A stretch of DNA of 32,000 nucleotides from Halobacillus litoralis. GTDB taxonomy: Bacteria > Bacillota > Bacilli > Bacillales > Halobacillaceae. The notes under the pieces are model-generated. The model had not been told where the DNA came from. It ran no database searches and was given only the letters and a program-made list of their open reading frames with translations. Positions 19,380 through 30,656 of the stretch are shown piece after piece. The stretch's first letter is position 1, and every line of letters starts with the position of its first letter. Both the position numbers and the translations under genes were made by a program. The stretch is taken from positions 73,693-105,692 of the forward strand of contig NZ_WMEW01000003.1 in the NCBI RefSeq assembly GCF_009856355.1. Reading direction: 5' to 3'.

Positions 19380-20086
19380 GAACGTCCACCATCCTTCTTC
19401 TTTGTTGATTTGACTGCTTCCACCGTTTGAAGAGCCACTTGTATATCGTCATAGATGACATTTCCAACGACGACGACGTCTGCGGCGGCTGCCATTTCCG
19501 AAGCCTGCTGCATCGTCCGGATGCCGCCGCCGTAGACGAGCGTCGTTTCCTCCAGCGCATCCGCCACTTGCTTTACAAGAGCTGAATCACCGTAGGTCCC
19601 GCTGTATTCCATATAAAAAACCGGGAGGCGGAAAAGATGCTCGGCCATCCGGGCATATGCCAGCACGTCCGCTTGATCCGGCAGAGAACAGGACGTTTTT
19701 TGAAACACTTTAGCCTCGGGGTTAAGGACACAGTACCCTTCTGTCAGCATATCCGTCCAGTTGATCATATCGCTGTATTCTTTGACTGCTTGATGCTGCA
19801 CATCAAGCATCCACTTTTTATCTCCGCTGTTCAGCACCATCGGAATGAAATAAGCGTCAAAATCCGGAGCCACTGCTTCAACATCGGACACTTCCAGCAC
19901 ACAGGTGACGTCATACGCCTCCACCCGTTCCTGGAGATCGGTGACATTTTCAAAGGTTACGCCATCGGTACCGCCGATCATGACAGCATCCGTACCAGAT
20001 GTGCAGATGTCTTTTAAGTCTTCTTCCGAAATCGTTTTATTTGGATCCAGTTTAAACACATGATCCCACTTGCTTATATTGTACAT
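19376..20086 (-). CDS. pcrB: Heptaprenylglyceryl phosphate synthase PcrB
   Basis: Preferred start is ATG 20086 (SD GGAGG 6 nt upstream; the track starts at TTG 20104), giving 236 aa starting [17 protein letters not shown], which matches the PcrB N-terminus. It shares an ATGA overlap with pcrA. Confidence 0.93.
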   Translation of the reverse strand: MYNISKWDHVFKLDPNKTISEEDLKDICTSGTDAVMIGGTDGVTFENVTDLQERVEAYDVTCVLEVSDVEAVAPDFDAYFIPMVLNSGDKKWMLDVQHQAVKEYSDMINWTDMLTEGYCVLNPEAKVFQKTSCSLPDQADVLAYARMAEHLFRLPVFYMEYSGTYGDSALVKQVADALEETTLVYGGGIRTMQQASEMAAAADVVVVGNVIYDDIQVALQTVEAVKSTKKKDGGRS

Positions 20087-20121
20087 TTCCGGCCTCCAAA
20101 ACAACAGTTATCCATTAGTCG

Positions 20122-20130
20122 ATTATAACA
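20122..20130 (-). promoter_or_regulatory. Candidate extended -10 promoter element for pcrB-pcrA-ligA-camS
   Basis: Minus strand: TGtTATAAT (-10 at 20127..20122), ~35 nt upstream of the pcrB ATG. The -35 (TCAACC) is poor. Confidence 0.4.
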
Positions 20131-20212
20131 AAATTTTCTCACCGGGTTGAGGGTTTCCCTCAGAGTGTAAATATTCTGTGAAAGAAAGCGGGAAAAGTCT
20201 GCTCGACACAAC

Positions 20213-20244
20213 GAAAAAGACGGCCGGGATTATTCTCGGCCGCC
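20213..20244 (-). terminator. Rho-independent terminator after the YitT-like gene
   Basis: Minus strand: stem GGCGGCCGAG/CCCGGCCGTC followed by TTTTTCGTTG, ~8 nt after the stop at 20253. Confidence 0.7.
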
Positions 20245-20252
20245 TTACATAT

Positions 20253-20852
20253 TCAAGAAGCAGGGTGTTCGGGAAGGAGACGGGAGGAGGTGAAGGTCAT
20301 CGTCACAAGACCCACACTCAAAATCGTAATCGCAGAAAGAAGCAGGGTTTCCATCGAAAACAGGAGCCCCCCTGCCCCGATAATAACCGCGTCAATGGCC
20401 AGAATAACGAATCCAACGTTCACCTTCATCCAATCGGCAATCATCTGCGCCAACAGGTCCGTCCCTCCAGTGCTCGTATGATGCCGGAGCATCAAACCGA
20501 TGCCGCCGCCGACAAGAGCCCCGCCGATGATAGAGCTGACAGCAGGATCGAGCGGCAGGTGATAGGCGCGCAGCCCCTGAAGCACATCAATGGAAAACGA
20601 GGAAACCAGCAGGCCGTGCAGGCTGTTGTAAAAGTACATGCGGAAATGAAACCAGGCAAGGGTGAAAATCGGGATGCTGAAGCAGATAATCGTCAGCCCC
20701 ACTTTCATCCCCCATATGTAATTGGCGATCATACCGATACCGATGATACCGCCGTCGAGAACATGGTCGGGAATAAGAAAAAAGTTGATGCCAAGCGAAA
20801 GAATCAAGCTTCCAGCAACGATCATGATTCCTTTCTTCACCATCTCTTTCAC
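20253..20852 (-). CDS. YitT-family (DUF161-type) integral membrane protein, short form
   Basis: 199 aa from a GTG start with SD GAGGGGGA 6 nt upstream. It is multi-TM, with FLIPDHVLDGGIIGIGMI and HHTSTGGTDLLAQMI repeats typical of YitT/YczE-like proteins. It lacks the C-terminal DUF2179 domain. Confidence 0.75.
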   Translation of the reverse strand: MKEMVKKGIMIVAGSLILSLGINFFLIPDHVLDGGIIGIGMIANYIWGMKVGLTIICFSIPIFTLAWFHFRMYFYNSLHGLLVSSFSIDVLQGLRAYHLPLDPAVSSIIGGALVGGGIGLMLRHHTSTGGTDLLAQMIADWMKVNVGFVILAIDAVIIGAGGLLFSMETLLLSAITILSVGLVTMTFTSSRLLPEHPAS

Positions 20853-20944
20853 CGGCCCGTCCCCCTCACCCTAGTCTATGCGCGACCACCGTTTTTAGAA
20901 GACGAAAAAAAGATGCCTTAACTTTCTTCTGATGTCCTATGACT

Positions 20945-21079
20945 GGTCACGTTCCGCTTATCGGTGGATGCTTGCCGCGGGCACGGCCTCAGCTAACTTG
21001 GTCAAGAAGATCGCTTGACCAAGTGGATCTTCAGCTCGTGCTGTTCCCGCAGGCGTCACCACCGAACGCTCCACGTGAC
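20945..21079 (+). repeat. Copy 3 of the ~135-nt imperfect-palindrome repeat
   Basis: It aligns full-length with copy 1. This copy has the best outer helix (GTCACGT/ACGTGAC) and a perfect apical helix (TTGGTCAAG/CTTGACCAA). It lies in the intergenic region between the YitT-like gene start and the yerC end. Confidence 0.85.
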
Positions 21080-21170
21080 AGCCACATAATGAGCAAAAAG
21101 AAAGGATCATTTTCTATGAAGCAAAAATCCGTTCCTGAATGTTGAAAAACACTAGTTTTTTCTACCCGCT

Positions 21171-21199
21171 AAAAAAGACTGCCGTAACGGCAGTCTTTT
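21171..21199. terminator. Bidirectional rho-independent terminator (yerC; possibly also a plus-strand transcript from repeat copy 3)
   Basis: AAAAAA-GACTGCCG-taa-CGGCAGTC-TTTT lies 2 nt after the yerC stop codon. Confidence 0.8.
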
Positions 21200-21201
21200 C
21201 T

Positions 21202-21504
21202 CTATTCTGTACGTTTTTCATGGACACGGTCGAGCGCTTTTGTATACGCGTCGTTGCCGTAGTTCAAGCAGCGCTTCACACGGGAAATCGTCGCCGTCGA
21301 AGCTCCAGTTTCCGTTTCAATTTTATGATAAGTGTAGCCATCTCTCAGCATGCGGGCCACTTCCAGACGCTGAGCCAGCGACTGCACCTCATTCATCGTT
21401 GCCAGATCATCGAAAAATTCATAGCACTCTTCAATGTCCTGTAATGAAAGAATCGCTTCAAAAAGCTGATCCAGCGTTTTTCCGCGCAATTTATCGATTT
21501 GCAT
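21202..21504 (-). CDS. yerC: TrpR-like YerC/YecD family protein
   Basis: 100 aa. MQIDKLRGKTLDQLFEAILSL...ETGASTATISRVKRCLNYG is a very characteristic YerC/YecD sequence with an HTH. Confidence 0.9.
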   Translation of the reverse strand: MQIDKLRGKTLDQLFEAILSLQDIEECYEFFDDLATMNEVQSLAQRLEVARMLRDGYTYHKIETETGASTATISRVKRCLNYGNDAYTKALDRVHEKRTE

Positions 21505-21516
21505 TCGGATTCCTCC

Positions 21517-22491
21517 TCAAAATTGAACCGCTGCGGATTCAGGTATAATGTTCACCCATGTATTTCCCGGGACGAACGGCACCTGTTCTCCCCCTTCATA
21601 TGGGAGCAGCCGTCCGTCTGTATTTCTCCACTCCACCTCTTTCATCGTCCCTTTCTGCAAAAGGTAGCTGCGGCCGCCGGAGGTAAGATCAACCTCACGC
21701 CGTCCGGCTTTATCGATGATTTGGTGGCGGGCCTCTATAATCCATACGTTATCGGCAGCGATCTGTTCCATCGTTAAACGATCCACGGACGGATTCCCGT
21801 CACTGAAACGGAGAAACCCCTCGTCGGAATACTGCCAGTGAACTTGTGTCCTGCTGCCGTAGGTAATGACGACATCTTCAGCAGGACGGCCGTCCGGGCG
21901 TCCATCCTTAAACAGCAGAGGGTTCGGCGGGGCCGTATCCACCCAGTCATTTTCCTCGACCACACGATCCAGACCTTCTGTCCAAAGGTAGGAATTATGC
22001 GGGGCGGAACGGTCCGGGGACCGGCGGAACAGCCAGCCATTATTGTCATAAACAGCACCATCCACAGCGTCCATGCTGCTGTCAGCAAGCTGCTGATATA
22101 TGGAATGGGACGCTCCGTGATAGGCGTAAAGAGCGTCATATCCATAGGCCAGCTCAAAATAGTATGGACGGGCGCTTCGCACCGGCCCGATTGTATCAGG
22201 AATGTCACTATGGAACAAAGCGAGAAAACGGGTGATCTGTCCTTCAGCAAGCACCTCATAGACGAGATCCGCATGACTGAGACCGGACTGGGGCCGGGCT
22301 TCGGGATGGTTATTAACCATCACACCAAGCGCACGCCCGTTTTCCTTCCCTGCAGTGGATTCCCCTGTTAAAGGAAAAACATCCCCGGCAGGGGCTGGGA
22401 TTTCTGCTGCTTTTTCCCCGGGAGTCTCTCCCGTCGATTGGCAGGCAGTAAGACCGGCGGCAAGCAGACAGATAAGCAGCAGCTTTTTCAT
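21517..22491 (-). CDS. yerB: DUF3048-family lipoprotein (YerB-like)
   Basis: 324 aa with signal peptide and lipobox MKKLLLICLLAAGLTAC. Its position between yerA and yerC matches B. subtilis. The family assignment rests on synteny and general resemblance. Confidence 0.8.
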   Translation of the reverse strand: MKKLLLICLLAAGLTACQSTGETPGEKAAEIPAPAGDVFPLTGESTAGKENGRALGVMVNNHPEARPQSGLSHADLVYEVLAEGQITRFLALFHSDIPDTIGPVRSARPYYFELAYGYDALYAYHGASHSIYQQLADSSMDAVDGAVYDNNGWLFRRSPDRSAPHNSYLWTEGLDRVVEENDWVDTAPPNPLLFKDGRPDGRPAEDVVITYGSRTQVHWQYSDEGFLRFSDGNPSVDRLTMEQIAADNVWIIEARHQIIDKAGRREVDLTSGGRSYLLQKGTMKEVEWRNTDGRLLPYEGGEQVPFVPGNTWVNIIPESAAVQF

Positions 22492-22526
22492 AGATGCACG
22501 TCCTTTAGATCATTCCCACTTATATT

Positions 22527-24272
22527 TTAACGCATTATCGAAGGAAAGAGTACCTCTTTCTTTTTCACATCGATGATTCCAAGTGGTGTGATCCGGATAA
22601 ATGGAAGATGCGTGGAAGACAGAAATAAGAGCGTATAGACCGGATCTGAGAAGGCAAATCCATAGGCTTTCAAATGGTTTTTCAACGTTTCCTCTTCTTC
22701 CATCAGTGTATTCATCGGCTCGTCGGACATGACTCCACCGAGTGGAAGAGCCAGTTCAAAGATGACTTCCCCTTTGTCGACAAGCACAACGCCGCCACCG
22801 ATATCTTTCATCCGGGCAAAGGCGGTCTGCATATCAGCTTTCGATTTTCCGGTCAGGACAATGTCCCCTGTACTGCTGTATGAACTGACAAGGGCCCCGA
22901 GTGAGGTCGTGAAACCTTTGATCAACGTGTTGACCTTCCATTCGCCTTCACGGTCCATCAGCATGAGAAATCCTTCGGAATGATCCTCCGGCAGCCGTTC
23001 CACGCCCGTGTCGGTATCTACTGCATAAGGCTTCATGATGACGTCGTTGATCATTTCCAGACCGACCGGCATGGAGAACTGCAGATCTTGTTCGGTCAGC
23101 TCCCAGTTCAGGGCCAGCTGATCAATCCCGTTTTTCTTCCATTCCACCTGGGACGGTGCTTCTACAGCCTGTCCATCCTTTTTCACCCATTCACCTTTAG
23201 CAAGAACAGAATGAGGCGTCGGATTATCTGGACTTGATAAGAAGTTCAAGTGAGCGACCCGTCCGGCATTCAGACTGCCGACACGGTTCTCAATCGTAAA
23301 ATGACGGGCGGAATTGTACGTGGCCATCATATAGGCATCAATATCGGGTACACCGGCATCGAGAGCAATCTGAATGCATTGATTGATCAGTCCTTCACGA
23401 TAAAAGCCAGGCGTAGACCCATCCGTCGTATACATCATATGGTCGAAGTGCTGGTGCCCTTTTTCCATAAGCCCCTGTAAAATATCCGGCAGATCAGGGC
23501 GGATCGAAGAGTAACGGAGCCCTGTCTGATAACCGATGGCGAGACGACTCAGCACATCCTCTGCTGTCATCGACTCGTGCTCGGAATCCATGCCGAGCAG
23601 ACGCATTTTTACGAGTGTTTTCTCCGATGCGCCGGGCAGATGGGCTTCCAGCGGCTTGCGGGACCGTTTCGTTTGCTGCATCCAATGAAGAATCTGTTCG
23701 TCCCCGTTATATAAGACATCCGGCCAGGCCGTCAGCTCCCCGCCCTGAATGACGGCGTCGTGCTCAATCCACGATTCGATCTGCTCATCAAACGCCTCTC
23801 TGTCATCATCCTTCAATACGGACTGGGGATCAAAACGCGCCCACCAGTACATTGAAGCAGGCAGGTTCATAAACTCTTCAAGCAGAGAAAACGCTTTCTC
23901 TTTGTCTGTTAAAAAAAGCCACATCAAGTTGTCATTAATGAGCGTTGTCGTTCCCGTGGCCGCTGCATATTCTCCAAGGCTCTGGGGATTATATAACTGG
24001 AATGGATGGGCATGCGGTTCAATATAACCCGGGACAATCCAGCTGTCCCTGCCATCAATCATTTCCGTTCCTTCTGTATGGGCAGGAAGCTCCTGACCCG
24101 TATAAATGATGCGGTCTTCATAAATCCAGATATGACCGGTCATCCACTGTTTTAAATACACGTTCAAGTAGGTTGTATTGGTAATCAGTTTCGTCGGCGC
24201 GACTTTACCGTCCATGACAGCTGCATGTTTCCGCAGCTGACGGTTGCGCCAGCGAAAGCGTGTTTCGTTCAT
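22527..24272 (-). CDS. yerA: Adenine deaminase-like amidohydrolase (YerA family)
   Basis: 581 aa with SD AGGGAGGT 7 nt before ATG 24272. An amidohydrolase metal-binding HxH motif is present (YIEPHAHPF). Length and position match B. subtilis YerA. Confidence 0.85.
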   Translation of the reverse strand: MNETRFRWRNRQLRKHAAVMDGKVAPTKLITNTTYLNVYLKQWMTGHIWIYEDRIIYTGQELPAHTEGTEMIDGRDSWIVPGYIEPHAHPFQLYNPQSLGEYAAATGTTTLINDNLMWLFLTDKEKAFSLLEEFMNLPASMYWWARFDPQSVLKDDDREAFDEQIESWIEHDAVIQGGELTAWPDVLYNGDEQILHWMQQTKRSRKPLEAHLPGASEKTLVKMRLLGMDSEHESMTAEDVLSRLAIGYQTGLRYSSIRPDLPDILQGLMEKGHQHFDHMMYTTDGSTPGFYREGLINQCIQIALDAGVPDIDAYMMATYNSARHFTIENRVGSLNAGRVAHLNFLSSPDNPTPHSVLAKGEWVKKDGQAVEAPSQVEWKKNGIDQLALNWELTEQDLQFSMPVGLEMINDVIMKPYAVDTDTGVERLPEDHSEGFLMLMDREGEWKVNTLIKGFTTSLGALVSSYSSTGDIVLTGKSKADMQTAFARMKDIGGGVVLVDKGEVIFELALPLGGVMSDEPMNTLMEEEETLKNHLKAYGFAFSDPVYTLLFLSSTHLPFIRITPLGIIDVKKKEVLFPSIMR

Positions 24273-24346
24273 GGAGCGTACCTCCCTGATTTCATTATGT
24301 TCTATCGTAACACAGGATATTCCAATCTGCTAAGGAGGAACCTGTT

Positions 24347-24589
24347 ATGAAACCGAATATCAGCCTGATCAACAGCATGATCCGGATTACAGCAGGCTTC
24401 AGCATGCTTACGTATTTGACGATCCGCGGAGCGCGGAATGAGGAGTCCTCCTCCCATCCGTTTCTGATCATGATGGCTTCCCTGAAAATTGCGGAGGGCA
24501 TCGTGCGCTTCTGTCCTCTCACCGCTTTATACGAAGAAGCGGCCGTAGAGACAGATGGAAAGGAAGAAGCATGGCCGCAGAACCTCTAG
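24347..24589 (+). CDS. Small membrane protein, YgaP-TM-like/DUF2892-like (tentative)
   Basis: 80 aa with SD AAGGAGGA 7 nt before the ATG. Two hydrophobic segments end in a RFCPL motif (IRITAGFSMLTYL ... KIAEGIVRFCPLTALYE), reminiscent of DUF2892. It is the only convincing plus-strand gene. Confidence 0.6.
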   Translation: MKPNISLINSMIRITAGFSMLTYLTIRGARNEESSSHPFLIMMASLKIAEGIVRFCPLTALYEEAAVETDGKEEAWPQNL

Positions 24590-24617
24590 AACGACTCCTG
24601 AAAAGGTGGAAAAGCTT

Positions 24618-24698
24618 ATGATGTTCCTGCCTCTTCTCTATCTTTTCAGCCGGTATAAAAGAAAAAAAGAGGAACAGACAGAAAAAACTGCAGGATAA
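24618..24698 (+). CDS. Possible 26-aa micro-ORF (hydrophobic N-terminus, basic C-terminus)
   Basis: SD GGTGGA lies 8 nt before the ATG. The product is MMFLPLLYLFSRYKRKKEEQTEKTAG. It ends at the pur-operon terminator hairpin. There is no other support. Confidence 0.2.
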   Translation: MMFLPLLYLFSRYKRKKEEQTEKTAG

Positions 24699-24725
24699 CA
24701 AAAAGAGCGGGGGAATGCCCCGCTC
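24699..24725 (-). terminator. Rho-independent terminator of the pur operon (after purD)
   Basis: Minus strand: stem GAGCGGGG/CCCCGCTC, loop CATT, then CTTTTTGTTAT. Confidence 0.8.
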
Positions 24726-24817
24726 CTGTTCATAAAGGATGAAATGATGTGTACTTTTTAGAATATGTGACTGATGTCGGTTTTGTCATTCTTACAATCA
24801 TCGGGACGATTGCCGCG

Positions 24818-26107
<1,290 letters not shown>

Positions 26108-26122
26108 TCATCCTTTCTTTAT

Positions 26123-27655
26123 TTAATGCTTAAAGTGACGCATTTTCGTAAAGACCATGGAAATGCCGTGCTTATTACAGGCATCGATCGAATCCTGATC
26201 GCGTTTCGACCCACCCGGCTGGATGATGGCTGTAACTCCAGCAGCCGCGGCCGTTTCAACCGTATCCGGCATTGGGAAAAAGGCGTCGGAGGCAAGAATA
26301 CTTCCTTCAGCTTTCTCACCGGCCTGCTCAAGAGCGATTTTGGCTGCACCAACCCGGTTCATCTGTCCGGCCCCGACACCGAGGGTGCGGTCCCCTTTGG
26401 CTACGATGATCGCGTTGGATTTGACGTGCTTCACAACTTTCCAGCCCAGCTTCAGATCTTCCATTTCCTGCTGGGAAGGCGCGCGTTCGGTCGCCACTTC
26501 CAAGTCCACTTGATCCAGGGATCCTTCGTCCGTATCCTGGACAAGCAGTCCGCCGTTAACGGTCGTCAGCTTATGGGAAGGACGGTCGGATTTCTTCATA
26601 TCCACCTTGAGTAAACGCAGATTCTTTTTCTTTGTAAGAATGTCGAGCGCTTCCTGGCTGAAGGCTGGAGCGATGATGATTTCGAGGAAAATCTCCTTCA
26701 GCTTGGCGGCTGTCTCTTTGTCCACTTCCCTGTTCAGGGCGACAATCCCTCCAAAAATGGACACGGGATCTCCTTCATAGGCTTTCACGTAGGCATCATA
26801 CAGGTTTCCGCCGACGCCGACGCCGCAAGGATTCATGTGCTTCACAGCGACAGCCGCAGGCTCATTGAATTCAAGAACGACTTCAAGCGCCGCATTGGCA
26901 TCCTGGATATTATTATAGGAAAGCTCCTTGCCGTTCAGCTGCTCCGCTTCTGCGAGGGACGTCCCCTCCACGGCTGCTTTCTTATAAAAAGCAGCACTCT
27001 GATGCGGGTTCTCCCCGTAGCGGAGTGACTGGACTTTTTCATATGTAACGGTATACGTCTCTGGATAGGCTTCTTCGGTCAGATCAGAGAAGTAACCGGC
27101 AATCACCGCGTCATAATTGGCGGTATGGCGGAACACCTTCGCAGCCAGGCGGCGGCGTTCTTCATAGGAAAGCTCTCCCTCGTTCAAGCCTTCGATGACT
27201 GTTCCGTAATCGGAAGGATCGACTACGACCGCTACATCTTCAAAGCTTTTCGCCGCTGCCCGCAGCATTGTCGGCCCGCCGATATCGACGTTTTCAATCG
27301 CTTCCGCTTCCGTCACCCCTTGTTTAGCAATCGTCTCTTTAAATGGGTAGAGGTTCACCGCTACAAGGTCAATCGTCTGGATATCGAGTTCATCCAGCTG
27401 TTCCATATGCTCTTTGTTGGACCGCTTGGCAAGCAGACCTCCGTGGACAGATGGATGCAGCGTTTTGACACGGCCATCCATAATTTCCGGAAAATCGGTC
27501 ACCTCAGAAATCGAAAGTACCGGAATGCCCGCTTCTTCAATGGTGCGTTTTGTTCCGCCCGTAGAAACGAGCTCATAACCCAGCTCATTCAGACGGCGGG
27601 CGAAGTCTGTTAATCCCTGTTTATCGGATACGCTCAACAGTGCACGTTTTTTCAT
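26123..27655 (-). CDS. purH: Bifunctional AICAR formyltransferase / IMP cyclohydrolase
   Basis: 510 aa with an MGS-like N-terminus ([15 protein letters not shown]) and C-terminal AICARFT ending TKMRHFKH. It shares an ATGA overlap with purN. Confidence 0.97.
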   Translation of the reverse strand: MKKRALLSVSDKQGLTDFARRLNELGYELVSTGGTKRTIEEAGIPVLSISEVTDFPEIMDGRVKTLHPSVHGGLLAKRSNKEHMEQLDELDIQTIDLVAVNLYPFKETIAKQGVTEAEAIENVDIGGPTMLRAAAKSFEDVAVVVDPSDYGTVIEGLNEGELSYEERRRLAAKVFRHTANYDAVIAGYFSDLTEEAYPETYTVTYEKVQSLRYGENPHQSAAFYKKAAVEGTSLAEAEQLNGKELSYNNIQDANAALEVVLEFNEPAAVAVKHMNPCGVGVGGNLYDAYVKAYEGDPVSIFGGIVALNREVDKETAAKLKEIFLEIIIAPAFSQEALDILTKKKNLRLLKVDMKKSDRPSHKLTTVNGGLLVQDTDEGSLDQVDLEVATERAPSQQEMEDLKLGWKVVKHVKSNAIIVAKGDRTLGVGAGQMNRVGAAKIALEQAGEKAEGSILASDAFFPMPDTVETAAAAGVTAIIQPGGSKRDQDSIDACNKHGISMVFTKMRHFKH

Positions 27656-28230
27656 TTGTATTCCTCCTTGGGTAGTAAAGACTGGATGACTTCTGGATAA
27701 AGGCGGTGCTCAACGGTCTGGATGCGGCGCTGGACGTCTTCTTTGCTGTCATCTCTATGGATATGGACAGGTTCCTGGGCAATAATCGGGCCGGTGTCCA
27801 TGCCATCGTCGACAAAATGGACCGTTACCCCCGTCACCTTCACCTGTTTGTCGAGCGCCTGTCCCACTGCATCTTTCCCAGGAAAGGCGGGAAGAAGGGA
27901 CGGATGTATGTTCAGAATTCTTCCTTCATAAGGAGCAAGCAGGGTCGGTCCGATCAGACGCATATAACCAGCAAGAACAATCCAATCCACATTCCTGGAG
28001 CGCAGGTCCTCGAGAATCGCCGCCTCGTAGGCAGCTTTATCTGAAAAAAGCTTCGGTGTATACACGACGGTATCGATTTCATGCCGCTGCGCCTTTTCAA
28101 TCACAGCTGCCCCGACCCGGTCACAAACGAGCAGCGCGACGCGGGCATCGAGGCTTCCTTCATCAATGGCCTTCACAATAGCATCGAAATTGGAGCCGGT
28201 ACCGGAAGCAAATATCGCCAGCTGCTTCAT
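27652..28230 (-). CDS. purN: Phosphoribosylglycinamide formyltransferase
   Basis: 192 aa with the FASGTGSNF and [10 protein letters not shown] motifs. Confidence 0.96.
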   Translation of the reverse strand: MKQLAIFASGTGSNFDAIVKAIDEGSLDARVALLVCDRVGAAVIEKAQRHEIDTVVYTPKLFSDKAAYEAAILEDLRSRNVDWIVLAGYMRLIGPTLLAPYEGRILNIHPSLLPAFPGKDAVGQALDKQVKVTGVTVHFVDDGMDTGPIIAQEPVHIHRDDSKEDVQRRIQTVEHRLYPEVIQSLLPKEEYK

Positions 28231-29231
28231 AAGAGCTGCACCCCCTGGTCACGAGTGACACGTCCAATGACCGCTGCTTCAGGACAGGCCGATAACGCCT
28301 GTTCCACTTCTTCTCCGCTGATGACCGCTGCCATCCCGATGCCCATATTGAAGACCCCGTACATTTCTTCTTCCGTGATGGAACCCTGATCCTGTAAGAA
28401 CCGGAACACAGGCGGGACGTCCCAGCTGCCCTGTTCAACAGCAGCTCCGAACCCTTCCGGAAGCATGCGGGGGAGATTCTCATAAAAACCGCCGCCGGTA
28501 ACGTGGGCCAGTCCTTTGACCTCGACCGCTCCGCGAAGTTTTTTGACCGGATCGACGTAAATGACGGTCGGTGTTAAAAGCACTTCACCAAGGGGCTGTT
28601 CCATGCCGGGATACACCTGTTCCAAATCAAGGTCGGCCACGAGTTTTCGTACAAGCGAAAAGCCGTTGGAGTGGATGCCTGAAGAAGGCAGGCCGATGAT
28701 GACGTCCCCTTCCTGAACAGAGTCACCAGTAATCAACTTGTCCTTATCAGCCATACCGACGACAAAACCGGCCAGGTCGTATTCATCTTCCTCATACATG
28801 CCCGGCATTTCTGCCGTTTCTCCACCTACAAGGGCAGCACCAGCCTGTTCACAGCCGTCCGCAATGCCTTTGACAATCTGCTCGATACGGGCGGGATCAT
28901 TCTTACCACAGGCGATATAATCGAGAAAAAGCAGCGGGTCCGCGCCCTGAGCCGCAATATCATTGACACACATCGCTACGACATCCACTCCTATCGTATC
29001 ATGTCGGTCGAGTTCGAAGGCCAGTTTGAGCTTCGTCCCCACCCCGTCGGTCCCTGTGACAAGCACCGGATGATTGTACGTCATGCCGCTGATATCAAAC
29101 AAGCCGGCGAAGGCTCCGAGCCCGCCGATGACTTCCCTGCGCATCGTCCGGCTGACATGCTTTTTCATCCGTTCCACAGCTTCATAACCGGCTTCGACAT
29201 CGACACCGGCCTGTTTATAGGATTGACTCAT
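28227..29231 (-). CDS. purM: Phosphoribosylformylglycinamidine cyclo-ligase (AIR synthetase)
   Basis: 334 aa. [26 protein letters not shown] and DGVGTK are typical of PurM. Confidence 0.96.
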   Translation of the reverse strand: MSQSYKQAGVDVEAGYEAVERMKKHVSRTMRREVIGGLGAFAGLFDISGMTYNHPVLVTGTDGVGTKLKLAFELDRHDTIGVDVVAMCVNDIAAQGADPLLFLDYIACGKNDPARIEQIVKGIADGCEQAGAALVGGETAEMPGMYEEDEYDLAGFVVGMADKDKLITGDSVQEGDVIIGLPSSGIHSNGFSLVRKLVADLDLEQVYPGMEQPLGEVLLTPTVIYVDPVKKLRGAVEVKGLAHVTGGGFYENLPRMLPEGFGAAVEQGSWDVPPVFRFLQDQGSITEEEMYGVFNMGIGMAAVISGEEVEQALSACPEAAVIGRVTRDQGVQLL

Positions 29232-29243
29232 CTGTATACCTCC

Positions 29244-30656
29244 CTACGCTTTCTCATATGGATGCATCGTGTTCGGATAGATTTCGGTCGGGTAATTCCC
29301 CGTAAAGCAGGCCATACAGCCGCCGTGCTTCAGAGATTCCTCTCCCTGATAGATGCTTTCATTCAATCCTTCTGTCGTTAAAAAGGCGAGACTGTCCGCA
29401 CCGATCTGTTCTTCCATCTCCTGAAGGGAATGGTTCGCGGCGATCAGTTCTCCACTGTTGGATGTGTCGATTCCGTAATAGCACGGGTTCTTGATCGGCG
29501 GGGAGGCAATTCTGACATGGACCTCTTTCGCTCCTGCCTCTTTGAGCATCTTTACAATCCGCCGGCTGGTTGTTCCACGTACAATGGAATCATCAACCAT
29601 AACGACTTTTTTCCCTTCGACGATCCCCCGGACAGCGGAAAGCTTCATCTTCACACCCTGCTCTCTCAGCTCCTGGGACGGCTGAATAAAGGTCCGGCCA
29701 ACGTAACGGTTTTTGATGAGACCGAGCTCGTAAGGAATACCTGAAGCCTCCGCATACCCGATCGCAGCGGAAATACTGGAATCCGGTACCCCTGTCACAA
29801 CATCCGCATCAACAGGCGCTTCTTCAGCCAATGTTTTTCCCATCCGTTTGCGGGAGGCGTGCACATTCTTCCCGTCCACATTGCTGTCAGGGCGGGAGAA
29901 GTAGACGTATTCCATCGAGCAGAGCGTACGCTGGATCGGTGCTGAAAACCGAATGGAATCAATGCCGTCATCAGAAATGACGAGCATTTCCCCGGGATCG
30001 ATTTCCCTTTCATACGTCGCACCGACAATATCGAAGGCGCATGTTTCTGAAGAGACCACCCAGCTGCCCCCTAAATGGCCGAGGCTGAGCGGACGCAGAC
30101 CGCGCGGGTCGTTAGCGACGAACATCCGGTCTTCAGTCATTAATAAAAAGGCGTACGCCCCTTTGATCATAGAAAGGGCTTCTGTAATCGCCTGCTCCAG
30201 CGGCAGATGACGCGCCCGCTTAATCAGGTGGGCGACAACTTCTGTATCCGATGTCGTCTGTAAAATGCTGCCCTGTCCTTCCAGCTGATTTTTCAACGCC
30301 TGTGCATTCACAAGGTTCCCGTTATGAGCAAGGGCGAGTCCGCCGGTTTGTGAACGGAACAGGAGCGGCTGGATATTTTCATAGCCGCCATCGCCTGCTG
30401 TCGCGTAGCGCACGTGACCGATGGACGCATGGCCGTGCAGGTCTTCCAGCTGGTTTTCGGAGAATACTTCATTGATCAGCCCGTGTCCCTTGGCGAGCTT
30501 CAGCTGCCCGCCGTCTGTCGTTACAATGCCCGCGCCTTCCTGGCCGCGGTGCTGAAGAGCGTGGAGACCATAATAGGTCAGCTGGGCAGAGTCCGGGTGG
30601 CCCCAGACACCAAAAATCCCGCATTCTTCATTTAAGCCTTTGATTTCACCAAGCAT
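29244..30656 (-). CDS. purF: Amidophosphoribosyltransferase (Fe-S type with N-terminal propeptide)
   Basis: Preferred start is ATG 30656 (SD AAAGGAG 8 nt upstream; the track starts 6 codons earlier), giving 470 aa. [19 protein letters not shown] matches the B. subtilis-type 11-residue propeptide before the catalytic Cys. C-terminal cysteines are [12 protein letters not shown]. Confidence 0.95.
   Translation of the reverse strand: MLGEIKGLNEECGIFGVWGHPDSAQLTYYGLHALQHRGQEGAGIVTTDGGQLKLAKGHGLINEVFSENQLEDLHGHASIGHVRYATAGDGGYENIQPLLFRSQTGGLALAHNGNLVNAQALKNQLEGQGSILQTTSDTEVVAHLIKRARHLPLEQAITEALSMIKGAYAFLLMTEDRMFVANDPRGLRPLSLGHLGGSWVVSSETCAFDIVGATYEREIDPGEMLVISDDGIDSIRFSAPIQRTLCSMEYVYFSRPDSNVDGKNVHASRKRMGKTLAEEAPVDADVVTGVPDSSISAAIGYAEASGIPYELGLIKNRYVGRTFIQPSQELREQGVKMKLSAVRGIVEGKKVVMVDDSIVRGTTSRRIVKMLKEAGAKEVHVRIASPPIKNPCYYGIDTSNSGELIAANHSLQEMEEQIGADSLAFLTTEGLNESIYQGEESLKHGGCMACFTGNYPTEIYPNTMHPYEKA

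Noticed and set aside
20178-20921. 247-aa plus-strand ORF overlapping the YitT-like gene
   Set aside because: The product is R/K/N/H/D-rich low-complexity sequence. The minus-strand frame gives a coherent multi-TM protein with family motifs, a good SD and a terminator.
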